Shown: piece after piece, positions 60,702-64,000 of the stretch
Layout of the letters: every line of letters starts with the position of its first letter
How positions within the stretch are numbered: position 1 is the stretch's first letter
DNA from: Prorocentrum cordatum
Lineage: Eukaryota
Direction: 5' to 3'
Length of the DNA stretch: 64,000 nucleotides
NCBI GenBank assembly: GCA_963575745.1
Contig: CAUYUJ010000283.1
Span: forward strand, 1-64,000
Made by a program: the position numbers and the translations under genes
The notes under the pieces: model-generated
Told to the model about the DNA's origin: nothing
The model's input: the letters and a program-made list of their open reading frames with translations, nothing else
Databases searched by the model: none

Positions 60702-63153
60702 TCAGCACGCCGACAGCGTAAGGGGGCCGAACGGCGTGCACGGACACGGGGGGGGGTCGTCGCCAACAATACTATTCGACTCATCCTCGCCCCTGAGACT
60801 CGACCCAGGAGGAAGAGAAAAGGCAGGCAGAGAGACAGGAATCAGACGCGTTAGAATCTTGGACGGTTCGCCACCGTCGGCCCGCGAGCCTTCGTCACTA
60901 TTGTTGAGCTCACTTGGGACCCAGCGGACGATTGCCCTAAGGTTTCGACTTAAAAGATAGGCAGCAAATTTACGAATATGTCGCAATATCGCGAAGCTAC
61001 GACACCTACATCTATCAAACGCTAGTGCTACACCTAGGTTATCAACTAACAAGATCTGCCTGACATTGAGGCCGAAACGAGTGAGTGCAATACGCCTCAG
61101 ATTTCACGAGGGCCCTGGACTCTAGAAAGCCGATGTGCTCACCGTGCCTCCACGTCCCCTGGCCAACGTTACGCCAAAGCTGATGAGACAGGAGAGAGCT
61201 GGGCACCTCACGGAACTCCGGGTCCATCTCGTAGTCACCCCTGGGCAGCGTGGATTCGGTCAAGGCCTTCTCGCCTTCGTCAACACAGAGAGCCACGTCC
61301 TCTCCCCTGGCGGTCAGAAACTCCCCAAGACCCGCGGCAGAGAGGGCGGAGCGACGAGCGTCACCCCCCCCCTCGGTACGGAAACGACACCTCTCCCGCC
61401 AGCGTCCCACGGAGTTGAGAGCCTCGAGATCCCAGAAGCTCCCCGCGATACCAAACCCACTCTCAGAAGCATCCGCACACTGCACCCATCGATTATATGG
61501 CAACCGCCAATCTGAGACGATCAGGGGAAGCAAGCCCCGAAACGTCTTCAACTCTTCTCGAAACCTATTCCAAAGGGATGCTGAATCTTTGCCCATTTTA
61601 GTCACAAACCTATAACAAGAGTGAAAGACGCAGAGCACGGGGCGGCGCACCAGGCCCAGGCACGTGCAATGCCCCAGCAGGACGCGCAGATCATCACCAC
61701 GGACTGCACGAAGTTGGGGCAGTCCCGTGATCGCCTGGCGCACCCCCCAGAGCCTCTTCGACGTCGGGCGCGTCTGCAGCCTCTGGCCGCCCAGCACCAC
61801 GCCGAGCACCTCGATGCCGTCACACCGAACCTCACGCCCGTGGACGCGTGGACCCACGGCCTCGAAGGCCTGCGCCAGCTCGTCGAGGCTGCTGCTCACG
61901 CGCCCCCCGTTCTGCCCGATCACGCCTATGTTGTCGACGTACACGTAGTGCTCGATCTGCGCCGTGCCCGCCGCCAACCTGAGCACCAATGGCTTCCCCA
62001 CGTCGCTGAGGGGCGCGCCGTCGCGAAGGCTCGGCGCGAACTGACAGCGGAGCTCCGCCACGCTCTGGCACAGGCACAGGCTCCACGTACGTCCCATCGG
62101 GAGAGCCTCGGGGACAGGGAAGATGACGTCGTCGTAGCCGAGCACCTTCCCCTCCAGCATCGCCCCGTGGAGCCTGACGTCCCCGGCCTCCAGGGCGGGC
62201 AGGCCGAACAAGCGCTTCATCCAGGGCGGCAGCCGCACGCGGTGGAAGGCGCCCTTCACGTCCGCCACCCCCGCCGAGAACTCCACGTCCTTGAGCGCCG
62301 CCTGGAAGGCCGCCTGCAGATGGCCCTCGGCGCCCCCGTCCTCCTCGAGTTCGAAGGCCGAGAGACCCTCCGCTGTCAGCAACTGCACCGACGGGGGACC
62401 TATCAACCAAGCGTTGCTCCTGCGACAATCCAGAATCATACGAGTCGTTTCCCCCCCGTCTTCCACGCGAAAAAGATGCCCACCGTCTCCGAGACCTGAC
62501 GTGCACATGACACCAGCCCACGTTTCGCGAGATCCCTCACAAAGTCACCGTACCGCCGCCGGCTCCGCACCAGCGATGGTTCGCTGAAGGGCGCCCGCGG
62601 ACAACGCTCCAGCGCCTCGAGCGCGCTCTCGTGGCCCCGCAGCATGCGCTCGCCCTGCCCCATCCACGCACTGGCGCGCCCGCCCCCGAAGCAGCTCGCG
62701 AAGCGCGGGCGCCTCGGCGATGCCCTCGGGAAGCGACGGCAGCCCAGGTCGGCAAGGGGCGAGCGCGTCCTCGGGAGGGCCGCCAAGGTAAGGCGACCTC
62801 CCTCGCATCAACTCCCGCAAGGCTGAATGCGGAGGCTGCAGCCCCACGCCCCGCATCGGCTGCGCGACGTCGTTCACCTGCCCATCGATGCGCTGCGCGA
62901 CGTCGAGCTGCGCGGCCGCCACGGGCGTCGTGGAAGACCCCGCGGATGCCCCTGCCAGCCAATTGAGGCTGTCAACCGCCTCGTTCACCAGCACATCATG
63001 AAAGCGTCGCTGACGAAGTCGACGCCGACCTCGCCCTGACGCCGCGTGGCCCACGAGCTCCCCCCTCCCTGGCAACGGGAAGATGTCGCGAACGCCCCCC
63101 CCCAGGCCACGGCCCAGGCGGTCCTGCACACTCGAGGCCGCTGGCTGAACCAC
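60702..63153 (-). pseudogene. RT-RNase H polyprotein of the YR element (at least three frameshifts)
   Basis: RDIFPLP, EAVDSLNWL, VGIFFAWK, RMILDCRRSN, ADVKGAFH, LPMGRTWSL, YVDN; RNase H CADASESGFG, HIGFLESRAL, LVDNLGV, RWVPSELNNSDEGSR. Confidence 0.88.
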
Positions 63154-63200
63154 GTCCAGCGGCCACTCCTTCCATCGTCATTTGTCAGCCCCCGACGCGG

Positions 63201-64000
63201 TCACGTCGGAGCCTTCGGCCCTTTCGGACCCTTCTTGTTGCCGTTGCCGTCATCTCTCTCTGACTTGGGCCGCTCGGCCGCCGTGAGGCCTCGAACACGA
63301 GCGCCCAGGAACTCGGCGTCCTCCTTGGCCCGCTTGGCACCGAAGCTGCGCAGCTCAGGCGCCACCACGTCTCCCGGGCCCGTCTCGCCTGCGAGGTAGC
63401 GGGCCATCCGCCAGTTGGCTGGAGCTCCAGGCACAGAGTGGGCGTCGGTGATCACCTGAATTCGCCTCGCGAGCCTCTCCAGCGACCGCAGACCGCCCAA
63501 GCTCAGGCAGAGAACCTCCAGCTCGTGGTAGATCCGATCCGTGCGCTCGATGCGGTGCTCTCGGCTCCACTCGGCCAGCCAGCGCATCGGGTCGCCCCCG
63601 CTCTTGTACATGGCCTTTGCCAGGTGGGCGATCGACGCGGGACCATCGATCGGGTCGTCGGGGGAGCTCTCGGCCGTGATCTCGCTCGCTCACCACGCTG
63701 CGCCCATCCTTGAACCTTTCCCCGTGCCCGTCGAAGTCCACGCTGAGGGTCCTCACGTCGCCTACGCTACTGGTCGCTATACGCTCCTCTCCACTGCCAG
63801 CCTCGCCCGCGGTCTCGCTAGTGTTCAGCCCGAGCTGGTCCTTCACTCCCGTTCCACCGATCTGTCGACCTGAGGCTCCAATACGTCTATGGCTCGGCGC
63901 AGGCGCGCTATCTGCTCAATGGCCAAGGCGGGTGCACTACCGACACCCACCCGACGCACTCGAGACACCTCCGAGCCCATGAACTTCAGCCCGTCGCTTC
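63201..64000 (-). pseudogene. gag-like ORF of the YR element (frameshifted, runs off the window)
   Basis: DVRTLSVDFDGHGERFK, then GP...HLAKAMYKSGGDPMRWLAEWSRE..DRIYHELEVL, LERLARRIQ, basic C-terminus; lies upstream of the RT ORF. Confidence 0.7.

Larger units (their letters stand above)
58193..64000 (-). mobile_element. Tyrosine-recombinase retrotransposon (DIRS order, Ngaro/PAT-type ends), decayed, 5' end outside the window
   Basis: Order gag-like, RT, RNase H, YR, MTase-like; 3' B1-A2-B2 split direct repeats; several frameshifts and stops. Confidence 0.9.

Overview
Repeat-saturated, GC-rich eukaryotic DNA, almost certainly a dinoflagellate: it contains a perfect 22-nt dinoflagellate spliced leader (DinoSL) and retroelements with cytosine-methyltransferase-like domains. 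The repeat style resembles Prorocentrum-type assemblies, but that is inference. Most ORFs in the track are translated (CCT)n/(CAT)n/(GTA)n microsatellites or satellites and are not genes. Real coding content: (1) a near-intact ~7-kb LINE at 45513-52537 (ORF1; APE endonuclease-RT-zinc finger-RNase H ORF2 with two frameshifts), which starts exactly with DinoSL, sits in a (CCT)n tract and ends in (CTC)n; (2) a decayed tyrosine-recombinase (YR) retrotransposon at 58193 to >64000 (minus strand; gag-like, RT, RNase H, YR, catalytically eroded C5-MTase-like domain) with Ngaro/PAT-type split direct repeats, abutting a (CAT)n array and carrying an internal 19/22 DinoSL copy just upstream of its YR-MTase module; (3) a second C5-MTase remnant with an intact PC motif, split by a MITE; (4) an old RT fragment and a probable first exon of a lipidated PDZ protein. 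The rest is MITEs (six families), Helentron-like satellite carriers, a foldback element, a 6.7-kb TIR-bounded region and tandem arrays. Best candidate for a new system: unrelated retrotransposons that carry the host spliced leader and sit in trinucleotide microsatellites, possibly using trans-splicing instead of a promoter.
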